Notes: generated by a model not told the origin, from the sequence alone. Counted from the first letter of the stretch, positions 50,099 to 59,720 are shown. The stretch is DNA of 64,000 bases from Methanotrichaceae archaeon (GCA_963803145.1 CAWDLW010000018.1:32001-96000); one strand, 5' to 3'. Translations and numbers: made by a program.

Positions 50099-50788
50099 TT
50101 GAATCCAAAAAGGCTGAAAGAGATAAAAGGTGGTTATACGCTAGATAATGTGATCAAGAAAGGAATCGAGATCGCTAAGCAAAATATACCTGTCTCTCAA
50201 AAATTGACTGTGCCAAAATCCGAGGCAATCAATATTCAAAAAAAGGAGACTGCCCATATTGAAGCCATTGGATTCGTTTATCTATTGCTGGATTGTTCTG
50301 GAAGCATGGAAGGCCAAAAGCTCAAACAGGCTAAGATCGGAGCATTGAAATTTGCAGGTGAAGCGATCGCTAAAGGATATCGCGTGGGATTGATCCAATT
50401 TGCATCAAGAGCCGTCCTTTCATGCGAACCCCAGCGAACACTTTCACATTTAGATAGCTCGCTAAGAGAGATACGGGCCAGTGGATCAACAAACATGACC
50501 GATGCTATCCAGTTGGCAACCCAAAAGCTTTTGGACAAAGGGCCACTTCGGAGTATATACATTGTAACTGATGGCATGCCAGATAATCCACAAACAGCTT
50601 TAGACGCCGCTCAACGAGCAAAGAAACATAGAATTGATATTATCACTATTGGGACAGATGACGCCGATGATGATTTTCTTAAAAAAATTGCCACGCGAAG
50701 AGAGCTAGGAATAAAAGTCTCACGAGATCAATTTGAGAATACAATTTCTTCGGTAGCAAAAATGTTGCCCCTACCTCCCGGCCATTAA
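50099..50788 (+). CDS. von Willebrand factor A domain protein (start uncertain)
   Basis: MIDAS LLDCSGSM, GSTNMTDAI, IVTDGMPD, ITIGT. Confidence 0.93.
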   Translation: MNPKRLKEIKGGYTLDNVIKKGIEIAKQNIPVSQKLTVPKSEAINIQKKETAHIEAIGFVYLLLDCSGSMEGQKLKQAKIGALKFAGEAIAKGYRVGLIQFASRAVLSCEPQRTLSHLDSSLREIRASGSTNMTDAIQLATQKLLDKGPLRSIYIVTDGMPDNPQTALDAAQRAKKHRIDIITIGTDDADDDFLKKIATRRELGIKVSRDQFENTISSVAKMLPLPPGH

Positions 50789-50800
50789 AGGAGTTAGATC

Positions 50801-52909
50801 ATGTCAGAAGATTGGGAGATGAAGTGGAAGGATTATTACGATATCTTAGGTGTCAAGAAGAATGCTAGTTCAGCTGAAATTGGGAAAGCTTTTAAATTAA
50901 TTTCAAAATTGTTCCATCCGGACAAGGTTGATAAGGAACTTGAAGAATGGGCAAAAACACGATTTCAGGAAATTGAAGAAGCTCGCAGAACTTTAGTAAA
51001 TAGCGAAATAAGAAAGAAATATGATTACGCGTGGGATAAACGTGATTGGGAGATGAAGTGGAAGGATTATTACGATATCTTAGGTGTCAAGAAGAATGCT
51101 AGTTCAGCTGAAATTGAGAAAGCTTTTGAACTAATTTCAAAATTGTTCCATCCGGACCTGGTTGATAAGGAACTAGAAGAATGGGCAAGAACACGACTTC
51201 AGGAAATTGAAGAAGCTCGTAGAACTTTAGTAAATAGCGAAATAAGAAAGAAATATGATTACGCGCGGGATAAACATGAAGACATTAGTACTGGACAGAG
51301 CTATGCAAGTGATTCAACAGCTAATCCTCCGAAATTCAAAGTTGATCCTCCTTACATTTACATTAGTGATTTGGAAGCTGGACAATCAAAAAATTTTCCG
51401 TTCGTTGTTAGAAATGAAGGTGGACCGTACAATGGCCAAATAGATGTCAGTAGTTCTAACTCCTGGATCAAAATAGCCGATAAATATAGGTTAGATCCTA
51501 ATGATGTACTACCTTATAAGGCTGATATAGAGGTCCACGGATCGGAAGGGGACAAAACTTACCTTGGAGAAATCGAAGTCACTTTAGAAAATGAAACAAT
51601 TCGTGTCCAGGTGGAACTTAAAACAAAACCAAAAGCCGAAGCCAGAAAAAGAGAAAAATCTCAAGCGGTTCCAAACATTAATAAATATTCAAATATTTCG
51701 AGGATATTGTCTGGGAAAAGAAAATATCTATTATCAATTCTCGCTGCACTTATGCTTATTTTCGCTGCACCCATACTTATTTTGATTTATTTTGAACATA
51801 ATAATTCATTTTCAAATTCAGTAATAATTCAATCCGATGATGGTAATAAATTGTGGAATGAAATCTTCCCCCATAATGATCTTAGGTGTGTTAGGCAGAC
51901 CAGTGACGGGGGGTATATTGCAGTAGGCGATACAAAGCCTTGGATTTTTCATTGTGCATGGTTGATCAAAACAGACATGTATGGCAACAAGCAATGGGAC
52001 AGATCATTCGGCTCTGTTGATTCTGGACGATCTGTTCAGCAAACCCGCGATGGTGGATATATTATAATCGGCAGCGCCGATTACAGTAACGATCAAAATT
52101 ATGCATGGATAATTAAGACTGATGCTAGCGGCAATAAGCAATGGGTTAAAGATTTTCGCGGACCAGATAATAGTTGGAAAGGTTTGGGAGAATCGGTTCA
52201 ACAGACTAGTGAGGGTGGTTATGTATTGCTAGTAGCACAAGAGAATGATCTATTATTGATAAAGACCGATGCTAATGGCAATGAACTGTGGTATAATAGC
52301 TTGGTAAAATATGAGAAATATGAGAATCCGCCTTATAATCAGCCCACCATTTATGGAAAATCCGTTCAGCAGACTAATGATGGTGGATATATCATAGTCG
52401 GTTCAGTAGTTTCCCAAGATACTGATAGTTTGGATGCGGGGATAATCAAGACTGATACAGAAGGCAAGATATTGTGGGATAGAACCTTCGGAGGACCCGA
52501 AATGGATGGAGGCTTTTCAGTAAGACAGACAAGTAATGGCGGCTACATAATTCTAGGTCACTCGGATTATAATGCTTGGCTGATCAAAACAGATGCCTTT
52601 GGCAATAAACTATGGAACAAATCCCTTGGAATTGATATGATGTGGTCCTGGACCGGAGATGCTCTATGGCAGACTAGGGATAGTGGCTATATTATAACAG
52701 GCAGGTCTCAAGGCAATGCATCGCTGGTCAAAACGAACGCTAATGGCGATAAAATTTGGGGTAAGACTTTTTTGAAAGATCATGATAGCTGGGGCAATTC
52801 AGTGCAGCAGACCGATGATGGAGGCTACATTATTGCTGGATGCACATTTGTAGATACAGGGAAATTTAATGGCATGCTGATTAAGACCGATGCAAACGGA
52901 AACGTGTAA
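50801..52909 (+). CDS. Two tandem J domains + Ig-like region + TM helix + extracellular beta-propeller-like repeats
   Basis: 2 x KDYYDILGV...FHPD...EIEEARRTL...RKKYD; TM YLLSILAALMLIFAAPILILIYF; 7 repeats QTxDGGYI...KTDxxGN..W. Confidence 0.92.
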   Translation: MSEDWEMKWKDYYDILGVKKNASSAEIGKAFKLISKLFHPDKVDKELEEWAKTRFQEIEEARRTLVNSEIRKKYDYAWDKRDWEMKWKDYYDILGVKKNASSAEIEKAFELISKLFHPDLVDKELEEWARTRLQEIEEARRTLVNSEIRKKYDYARDKHEDISTGQSYASDSTANPPKFKVDPPYIYISDLEAGQSKNFPFVVRNEGGPYNGQIDVSSSNSWIKIADKYRLDPNDVLPYKADIEVHGSEGDKTYLGEIEVTLENETIRVQVELKTKPKAEARKREKSQAVPNINKYSNISRILSGKRKYLLSILAALMLIFAAPILILIYFEHNNSFSNSVIIQSDDGNKLWNEIFPHNDLRCVRQTSDGGYIAVGDTKPWIFHCAWLIKTDMYGNKQWDRSFGSVDSGRSVQQTRDGGYIIIGSADYSNDQNYAWIIKTDASGNKQWVKDFRGPDNSWKGLGESVQQTSEGGYVLLVAQENDLLLIKTDANGNELWYNSLVKYEKYENPPYNQPTIYGKSVQQTNDGGYIIVGSVVSQDTDSLDAGIIKTDTEGKILWDRTFGGPEMDGGFSVRQTSNGGYIILGHSDYNAWLIKTDAFGNKLWNKSLGIDMMWSWTGDALWQTRDSGYIITGRSQGNASLVKTNANGDKIWGKTFLKDHDSWGNSVQQTDDGGYIIAGCTFVDTGKFNGMLIKTDANGNV
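50810..51277 (+). repeat. 234-bp in-frame tandem duplication of the J domain
   Basis: GATTGGGAGATGAAGTGGAAGGATTATTACGATATC at 50810 and 51044; near-identical DNA. Confidence 0.95.
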
Positions 52910-52972
52910 TCTTGTTCGCACCTAAATTAGTGTTAAGATAGAAGACCCATACTTTTAAATCAATATCGTTTA

Positions 52973-53145
52973 CTGTAGTCTCCAAGTTTTTGATTTTGCA
53001 TACAAAATATAAACAATCGGCTGATAAAATAATACTATATTTTATGATGATAGCACGAAATAGGTATACAACATTATCTAATTATGTTAAAATTAAATTC
53101 GGTTTATAAAGTTGGCGGTTGCAGCTAAAAACTTGGAAACTACAG
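52973..53145. mobile_element. MITE (173 bp) with IS701-like ends
   Basis: 19-bp TIR CTGTAGT(C/T)TCCAAGTTTTT; 7-bp TSD TCGTTTA (52966-52972 / 53146-53152); no ORF. Confidence 0.9.
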
Positions 53146-53436
53146 TCGTTTAGTTAAATATTCAAGCTTTCTGTAAAAATGAAGCGAAGTGGTATCATCT
53201 CATTTTTATGGCACGGCCTGGTATTTTAATCTCTAGTTTTAGGCAGTAGAATAAGATTCTCGTATTTTATATTTATATAACAAAATGGTGATTTTTTAAG
53301 CACATATTTCATTACTTGCCTGAATTTTTGATCCAAGACATATAGTAAACTATAATTACCAATTGCTATACTTGCTTTCCATTAGGATAGAGACGCTCTA
53401 TAAACGAGCGATGATTAGATGGAAAAAGAAGTAACT

Positions 53437-53628
53437 ATGTCCACAAAATTCAATCATTGCCCAAACTGAGGGAGAATACCAGGCAAAAGCCTCTTTGGCG
53501 GTACACATATTAACATATTTGAATGTAAAAAATGCGGCTCTTGCTATTGTAATAAGTGTGGTGATGGGCGATGCCCTAATTGTGGTAGCAGGGAGAACAA
53601 GAAGGCTGGAGAAGTTTATGAGAGATAA
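53437..53628 (+). pseudogene. 63-codon multi-CxxC zinc-finger gene with in-frame TGA at a Cys position
   Basis: MSTKFNHCPN*GR...ECKKCGSCYCNKCGDGRCPNCGSRE...; TGA at 53467-53469. Confidence 0.75.
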
Positions 53629-53640
53629 GGAGATAGGACT

Positions 53641-53757
53641 ATGGAGACACAAACTAAGGGGATATTAGCCCTTGCCCTGTTTAGTATTGGGACCATATCC
53701 ATGTGGCGGCAAGCATTTCGATCAACTATAATTAATGTTGCTCCTCCTCAGAGGTGA
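53641..53757 (+). CDS. 38-aa putative membrane peptide
   Basis: METQTKGILALALFSIGTISMW...; fills the gap between the Zn-finger and TPR genes. Confidence 0.4.
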   Translation: METQTKGILALALFSIGTISMWRQAFRSTIINVAPPQR

Positions 53758-53763
53758 TCAAAA

Positions 53764-54333
53764 ATGGGATTCCTAGATAAGCTCAAAGGCAAAGAAACAA
53801 AGAAGGATAAACCTCAAACCGAAGCGACAAACGCAAATTCCTCATCTGAATCAAAGAGCGATCCCTACGATTTGAATCTTGATGGAGTTGACAGAGGATA
53901 TTCAGCCGTGGTTAGAAGAGATAAACAAGGAAAATCAAGTGGTGACTGGCAGCTAGATGGCATTGGGATCGTTTATCATGGGGGCAGTATTGATGAGGCC
54001 ATCGAGTGTTTTAATAAGGCATTAAGAATTGACCTCGAAGACCAAGGCGCTTGGTTAGGCAGAGGATACTGCCTGATGTCACTTGGGGTCTATGACAAAG
54101 CAATTGCTTGCTTCAAAGAGATCATTAAACTAGATCCAGATGTAGTTGCAGATTGTTGTTTTGCAGAGGCATGGAACAAGATGGGGCAATGTTATGAGGC
54201 TATGGGTAACGAAGGAGAAGCAAGAAACGCTTATTCTAAGGCTAGTGAATGGGGACACACAAAAGATGGCGATACATATCCTGAACCATATCCTGGGTTA
54301 GACAGAAGCCCTCTAAAAAAGATCCCTGATTAG
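53764..54333 (+). CDS. Cytoplasmic TPR protein
   Basis: MGFLDKLKG start; DEAIECFNKALRID..AWLGRG; AEAWNKMGQCY; GAGGTGA RBS. Confidence 0.9.
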   Translation: MGFLDKLKGKETKKDKPQTEATNANSSSESKSDPYDLNLDGVDRGYSAVVRRDKQGKSSGDWQLDGIGIVYHGGSIDEAIECFNKALRIDLEDQGAWLGRGYCLMSLGVYDKAIACFKEIIKLDPDVVADCCFAEAWNKMGQCYEAMGNEGEARNAYSKASEWGHTKDGDTYPEPYPGLDRSPLKKIPD

Positions 54334-54704
54334 ATCATCCAACGAATTTGAGTATGTATATCTTCTTTTTTGTATCTTCGGAGCCAGAATACTATTTTAT
54401 AAATACCTTCTTCGATTGCAAAGGCATGGGTTGGCGCTCCAGATTCTATGCCTATACAAACAACGCCCAGTGCTATTATAGATGTGTTATTCACCGCGTA
54501 GCTAAGAATTTCAAGAAAGATACCAAAAGAGATTATTTGGGGGCGCATAATGGCGTAGGTTACGGCGCCATTTCAGTCAAGTATATCCATTCAGGGCCTT
54601 CATTCAATACGAGTTCATATCTTCAGCAGCGCCGCACACCAGACAAATAATCCATGCACCTCCGATTCTTTTATTATTGTTGTAGTAGTATCAATTGGCA
54701 TCAT

Positions 54705-54848
54705 TTAACTCATTTGTTTTCCACATATTTTGCATTTAGAGCCATATTTATAAACGCAATTCTTACAAGCAAAATGTCCATTTAGACATACTTTTCCACC
54801 AGAGACTTCTGTCTCTTTTCCGCAAATATCACATGTTCTTTTTGGCAT
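54705..54848 (-). CDS. 47-aa stand-alone C3HC4 RING-finger protein
   Basis: MPKRTCDICGKETEVSGGKVCLNGHFACKNCVYKYGSKCKICGKQMS = C-x2-C-x11-C-x3-H-x2-C-x2-C-x7-C-x2-C; GAGGG upstream. Confidence 0.85.
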   Translation of the reverse strand: MPKRTCDICGKETEVSGGKVCLNGHFACKNCVYKYGSKCKICGKQMS

Positions 54849-54920
54849 ATCTGCATCCCTCAAAATATTTATATTTAAATTGTATTAGTCCATAGATGCC
54901 GGTTCTGTATATGCGAATAT

Positions 54921-54945
54921 GTGCGGGGAATAAGACCCCCGCACC
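54921..54945 (+). repeat. Hairpin B, copy 4
   Basis: GTGCGGGGAATAAGACCCCCGCACC; about 30 upstream nt also resemble copy 3 (CAT.GAT.C.GGTTCT.TAT). Confidence 0.72.
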
Positions 54946-55013
54946 AACTATGCTAGGCATGACCTAAAGCACACTAACTAGCCGGATCGAGGTAATTCAT
55001 GTTCAGGCCAACT

Positions 55014-55153
55014 TCACCTTATAATGGTACCGCATATTTTACATATATTACCGTGGTTTTTTCGGCAACTTTCGCATGCAAAATGGCCCTTGGCACATAC
55101 TCCGCCGCCCCATGCCTCTCTCTTCCGCATATATCACATTTTCTTTTTGTCAT
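55014..55153 (-). pseudogene. Second C3HC4 RING paralog, frameshifted in an (AG)4 run
   Basis: MTKRKCDICGRE / AWGGGVCAKGHFACESCRKNHGNICKICGTIIR*; 140 nt versus 144 nt for the intact copy. Confidence 0.82.
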
Positions 55154-55224
55154 GTTTTCATTCCCCTCATACGTTATATCTAGACTACATTTCTTTTATA
55201 ACTATAAACTAGATACTATAAACA

Positions 55225-55584
55225 TCAGGTGGCACCAGGTTTTATAACTTCTTCACCATTCCATTCTTTGGCTAGCTTTAAATGCCATGCAAGTTTATCA
55301 GGCACTTTCCTAATATCGCCCTCTAAATTAGCTATTAAAGCTATACGATCACGTTTAAATTCTATTCCATTCACAAAATCGTAAGCATAAAAATATTTAG
55401 TCTTTCCAGTTTCAGGATCGCTCGGCTCTATCCAATATAAAGCCGGTAAACATACGTTATATTTTTCTAGCAATTGTTTTTCATCATCAGTCAAAGTTAA
55501 TTTTGCATTCAATACAAATTCCAAACCCGATCCAGATAAGATGCCTTTCTTTGAGTTTTGCGTCCTGCGAAGATGCAATTCCAT
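55225..55584 (-). CDS. Hypothetical protein
   Basis: MELHLRRTQ...FVLNAKLTLTDDEKQLLEKY...WNGEEVI; GAGG RBS. Confidence 0.7.
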   Translation of the reverse strand: MELHLRRTQNSKKGILSGSGLEFVLNAKLTLTDDEKQLLEKYNVCLPALYWIEPSDPETGKTKYFYAYDFVNGIEFKRDRIALIANLEGDIRKVPDKLAWHLKLAKEWNGEEVIKPGAT

Positions 55585-55949
55585 ATAGACCCTCAATTGA
55601 TTTTTTAGGCATGTTCAACCTCAATTAAAAGCGGCAAACTTACCTCGCCGAAGTATTACAGTGTGGGCATTTTCCATTTCTCAGGTGTGTAGCATACCCA
55701 AGCTTCACAACGCGGACAATATTTTATACTTATCTCACGTTCTTCGCTACAGTAAAAATACTTATGTCTCATATTTCTCCCCTCTTGATGTAAAATATTT
55801 CCTTTTTGGGTTTATCAGTAATAATACGGTATATTTAAACCTACGCTAATCTAATTATCTATAATAAAAGTATGATAAAAACTCATTTATATAAAATCCT
55901 TACCTGGGGTAGAATAGCTGGAATATACACGTTGATCCTACCGCCTTGA

Positions 55950-56063
55950 GTATGTATAACCTGTAAACTTTCCTTTTATTTTTAGCGTCTTCAAAGCCAA
56001 GATACTGTTTTTATAAACATCTTTTCGACCTACAAAGGCATGGATTTGCGCTCCGGATTATAC
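55950..56063 (+). repeat. Element C, copy 3
   Basis: GTATGTATAACCTGTAA...TTTTTATAAACATCT...AAGGCATGGATTTGCGCTCCGGATTATAC. Confidence 0.85.
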
Positions 56064-56391
56064 AGTGCATTTCTATTTTAGCCGCTGTCGAAAAATCTCT
56101 ATCGGTCAATTATCGAAAATTCGTTCTATAAAGTATATGAACGATAAGTTAGGAAGAGGGCTAGCTAGGTCAATCTTTAAGAATTCTGCGAGTTGTATAA
56201 CCTGCTACGGTTAATTGGCGAGGTGAGTATGTTTAACATCAAAATAGCTAAGAGTCTGAAGTTCCTTGCCTCTCCAAATCCCATACCTTGAGCATTTTAT
56301 CCCATAATTCGATACCGTATCGTAAAAGCCGAGGGAGCGCTTCATATCAACATGGTCGGAATACGAGCCAATTCGCTTCTTAGGATGTTGA

Positions 56392-57492
56392 CTAGAAAAT
56401 TCTCAGCCCCCCTCTCACAAACTCTTCCACCAGTTCGTCAGTGCTCTCGAGGTAGTAATCGATGATAGACTCAATTTTTGATTTCAATGCCTCTGTGAGC
56501 TGAAGATCTCCAGCAATCTTCACGCCTTTCAATAGAGGTTGATCAATCGGCGAGCCGATCTTACTCACCAAAGTCACGTAAGCCTCTTTTACCCCCTCAA
56601 GCTCCGCAATGTCCGAAGCTGCGCGCATCCCCAAGACGTTATAGATCTTTCCAACATGGCTGACTGGATTTTTGCCAGCTATCGCCTCCATCGTCATCGG
56701 CCTCATGGGAGTTATCAGGCCATTTCCGCGATTGCCCCTGCCAGTTGCTCCGTCATCGCCCATCTCAATTGATGTGCCTGTAACTGTGAGGTAAAGGTTA
56801 TCTTCTGTATCTGCTGCATTCACGCTCACATTCGCATCTGCGGCATTCTTTAGAACCGCCTCCCTAACACGGTCCTTGGTTTCGTAATAATCGTCACGCG
56901 ACAGAATATATTTTGAGAGCATTGCGGCAGCTACTACTATATCGAGATCATCTCCCATGCGCACAGCCATAATCTTGGTATCCTCACCCACTCCACGGAT
57001 GCCATGTATCACATCATCCAGATCCAGAACAAGCCTTTCAATAGAATCCAGGGGTGCAAAACCTACGCCGATTGAAGTATCGTTCGCGCCACGACCAATC
57101 AGGCTCCGGAGCTCAGGAGCCCCCTCCGCAATCCTAGGCTCGATCCTGAATTCCTTAAGGCTCTTTAAGGTCGCGCTAAAAAAAGAGGTGACCGCATCAT
57201 CGATAATCTCATTTACAGCTTTCGCAGAGGGAGTTGTTGCTCTCCCTCCAACCACAACCGATGGCGGTGCAAGTATCGATCCTCCTCCGAACTCAGGACG
57301 GCTCTTGCCAGCAATTATGAGAACCTTATCGACATTATAATGCATTATTTGGCCGAACTCCTCCAAATAAAAACGACATAATGCTACAGATATCGATTCT
57401 GAGACCCCATCTGCAAGTGTATCCGGGTGGCCAATGCCTTTGCGCTCAACCGCTTCGAAAGGAGGAACTATATGCTTCTGGATTGTGATCAT
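56392..57492 (-). CDS. mat: Archaeal-type S-adenosylmethionine synthetase
   Basis: [58 protein letters not shown]. Confidence 0.96.
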   Translation of the reverse strand: MITIQKHIVPPFEAVERKGIGHPDTLADGVSESISVALCRFYLEEFGQIMHYNVDKVLIIAGKSRPEFGGGSILAPPSVVVGGRATTPSAKAVNEIIDDAVTSFFSATLKSLKEFRIEPRIAEGAPELRSLIGRGANDTSIGVGFAPLDSIERLVLDLDDVIHGIRGVGEDTKIMAVRMGDDLDIVVAAAMLSKYILSRDDYYETKDRVREAVLKNAADANVSVNAADTEDNLYLTVTGTSIEMGDDGATGRGNRGNGLITPMRPMTMEAIAGKNPVSHVGKIYNVLGMRAASDIAELEGVKEAYVTLVSKIGSPIDQPLLKGVKIAGDLQLTEALKSKIESIIDYYLESTDELVEEFVRGGLRIF

Positions 57493-57733
57493 CTTATCAC
57501 ATTTTTAATTCTAGCTGTTGAAGATTAATATCTTTCCAAATGATTGTAGAATGACCATTGATTTGGCGAAGCATAATTTATATTTTTATTAATATCACTA
57601 GTTTCGGCAGCTATATAGAGTCTGGAATTAGCATCACATTTATAAATTCCGAAGAAATATCCCACAATTCCAATCGCTGTAAAGGTCTTCCAGGAATGAG
57701 TTTATAAGCTTGAAGATATCAGGCTTATTCTGT

Positions 57734-58969
57734 ATGAGTGAATCAACGACCCTATCAGGTCAGGACACCATTCAGGAGCTCTTCACGAAGAGGATCTCCG
57801 CCCTTGAGACAGAGAACAAGAGCCTTGCAGAGGAACTTGAAACCACGAAGGTTGAGAGAGAGGAGATAAGAGCAAAGCTCTTCGAATCCCTTATTGTAAA
57901 TAAAAAATACCTCCGTGAGGTGGAGAGGCTCAAGAAGGAGAACACTCTTCTCAAGAGGATGCCGCTTTTCCTTGCCACAGTTGTGGAGACGGGAGACGAC
58001 TACATCCTTTTAAGGCAACATGGTAACAACCAAGAGTTTATAACCACTGCACCGCCGGAGCTGATGGATAAGCTTGACCCCAACACCCGTGTAGCAATAA
58101 ACAACTCGCTTACAATTGTGAGGGTTCTCGATCGCTCTGTTGATGCGCGTGCCAAGATTATGGAACTTATTGAAGCTCCCGAGATATCCTACGCGCAAGT
58201 TGGCGGCTTGGAGGCCCAGATTCAGGAGATCAGGGAGACTGTTGAGCTGCCGCTAACACATCCTGAGATGTTCAAGCAAATAGGTATTGAGCCTCCAAGA
58301 GGTATACTGCTCTATGGCCTGCCTGGAACAGGCAAGACGCTCCTCGCAAAAGCCGTTGCACATGAATCAAAAGCAACTTTCATCCACATGTCAGGCTCTG
58401 AACTCGTCCACAAATTCATTGGCGAGGGAGCTCAGCTAGTGCGTGATATCTTCCAGATGGCCAGGGATAAGGCTCCGTCTATAATATTCATCGATGAAAT
58501 CGATGCTGTAGGAAGCATAAGGACGCATGACGGCACTACCGGCAGCGCTGAGGTAAACAGGACGATGATGCAGCTCCTGGCAGAGATGGATGGATTTAGA
58601 ACCAGAGGCGACATAAAAATAATCGCAGCCACCAACAGGATCGATATCCTGGACCCGGCGCTTCTTAGACCCGGAAGATTCGATAGAATCATCGAAATCC
58701 CAATGCCTAGTATGGATGCGCGGCTCAAGATCCTGGAGATCCATGCATCCAAGATGAAGAAGTCCGAGGATGTGGATATTGTCGAGATCGCCAAGGCAAC
58801 AGATAGCGCAAGCGGCGCAGACTTGAATTCTATTGTTGTTGAGGCGGGTATGAACGCCATCCGTAGAAACGCAACATGTGTAGCTCGCGACGACTTCGAG
58901 AAGGCTATTAAGAAGGTGCTCGGTGACGAAGAACAGAGCACGGAAGAATCGATGAGAATGTTCTCGTAA
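57734..58969 (+). CDS. pan: Proteasome-activating nucleotidase
   Basis: N-terminal coiled coil, OB region, [41 protein letters not shown]; C-terminus MFS. Confidence 0.95.
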   Translation: MSESTTLSGQDTIQELFTKRISALETENKSLAEELETTKVEREEIRAKLFESLIVNKKYLREVERLKKENTLLKRMPLFLATVVETGDDYILLRQHGNNQEFITTAPPELMDKLDPNTRVAINNSLTIVRVLDRSVDARAKIMELIEAPEISYAQVGGLEAQIQEIRETVELPLTHPEMFKQIGIEPPRGILLYGLPGTGKTLLAKAVAHESKATFIHMSGSELVHKFIGEGAQLVRDIFQMARDKAPSIIFIDEIDAVGSIRTHDGTTGSAEVNRTMMQLLAEMDGFRTRGDIKIIAATNRIDILDPALLRPGRFDRIIEIPMPSMDARLKILEIHASKMKKSEDVDIVEIAKATDSASGADLNSIVVEAGMNAIRRNATCVARDDFEKAIKKVLGDEEQSTEESMRMFS

Positions 58970-59092
58970 AAGGGAACCACTCTGATTATCAAAGGCGGCC
59001 AATGGCCGCCGGAACAATTTTCTTAGAGGGATTTTTTCGAATGGGCTTATTAGCATCAGATGCATTATTGGTAACTTTTGCTATGACAGGTT

Positions 59093-59162
59093 CTAGCATT
59101 AGCTACTAGCATTAACTGCTAGCGTTAACTACTCACGTTAACTACTCGCGTTAACCGCTAGC
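59093..59162. repeat. 5 x 13-bp imperfect tandem repeat overlapping the engB 3' end
   Basis: CTAGCATTAGCTA CTAGCATTAACTG CTAGCGTTAACTA CTCACGTTAACTA CTCGCGTTAACCG. Confidence 0.85.
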
Positions 59163-59720
59163 TCTTGCCAGTCTCTTATTTATAATTATTTTAATCGGCT
59201 CAATCTGGCCTCTTTTGGCACTCATCGGCGCGATTTTATCTACCCATTGGCGCCACGGAGGAAGCATTCCCAATCTTTCAACAATCCCATCCAGGGCCTC
59301 ATCTTTATTTGAGATTCTATCCATTTTGTTTGCTGCTACTACCACGTCCAACCCTAGATCTTTTAGGAAATCATAAAGCTCTATCTCCAAGGGCACCTCG
59401 CCTCGTTTCTCCCATCGATCGGCAATGTCGAGGAACGAAGCAGCATCTATGATCTGAATAGCGAGGAGAATGTTGTCCTTGTTTTGCTCAAAGTATTCAA
59501 CGACCAAGTTCTTTGTCATCTCCTGCTCCTCCTTAGATAGAGATTTCATAAATCCGTAGCCAGGCATATCTACGTATACGGCATTGCCGATTTTAACCTT
59601 GAAGGGCCACCTTGTCATACCCGGCCTCCTGCCTACATTGACCTTTTTCCCAGTAAGCTGCCTGAATAGGGTTGATTTGCCCACATTTGACCTTCCTATC
59701 AGGACGATCTCCTTTGGCAT
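59151..59720 (-). CDS. engB: GTP-binding protein EngB
   Basis: GRSNVGKS, DMPGYGFM, NKMD, SAK. Confidence 0.93.
   Translation of the reverse strand: MPKEIVLIGRSNVGKSTLFRQLTGKKVNVGRRPGMTRWPFKVKIGNAVYVDMPGYGFMKSLSKEEQEMTKNLVVEYFEQNKDNILLAIQIIDAASFLDIADRWEKRGEVPLEIELYDFLKDLGLDVVVAANKMDRISNKDEALDGIVERLGMLPPWRQWVDKIAPMSAKRGQIEPIKIIINKRLARASG

Noticed and set aside
54330-54650. ORFs 54330-54548 (-) and 54348-54650 (+)
   Set aside because: Mutually overlapping with no motif; I could not decide whether either is real.
54705-58969. Direct functional link between the RING genes and the nearby pan gene
   Set aside because: pan lies in the housekeeping block beyond mat and element C, on the other strand; proximity alone is not evidence.
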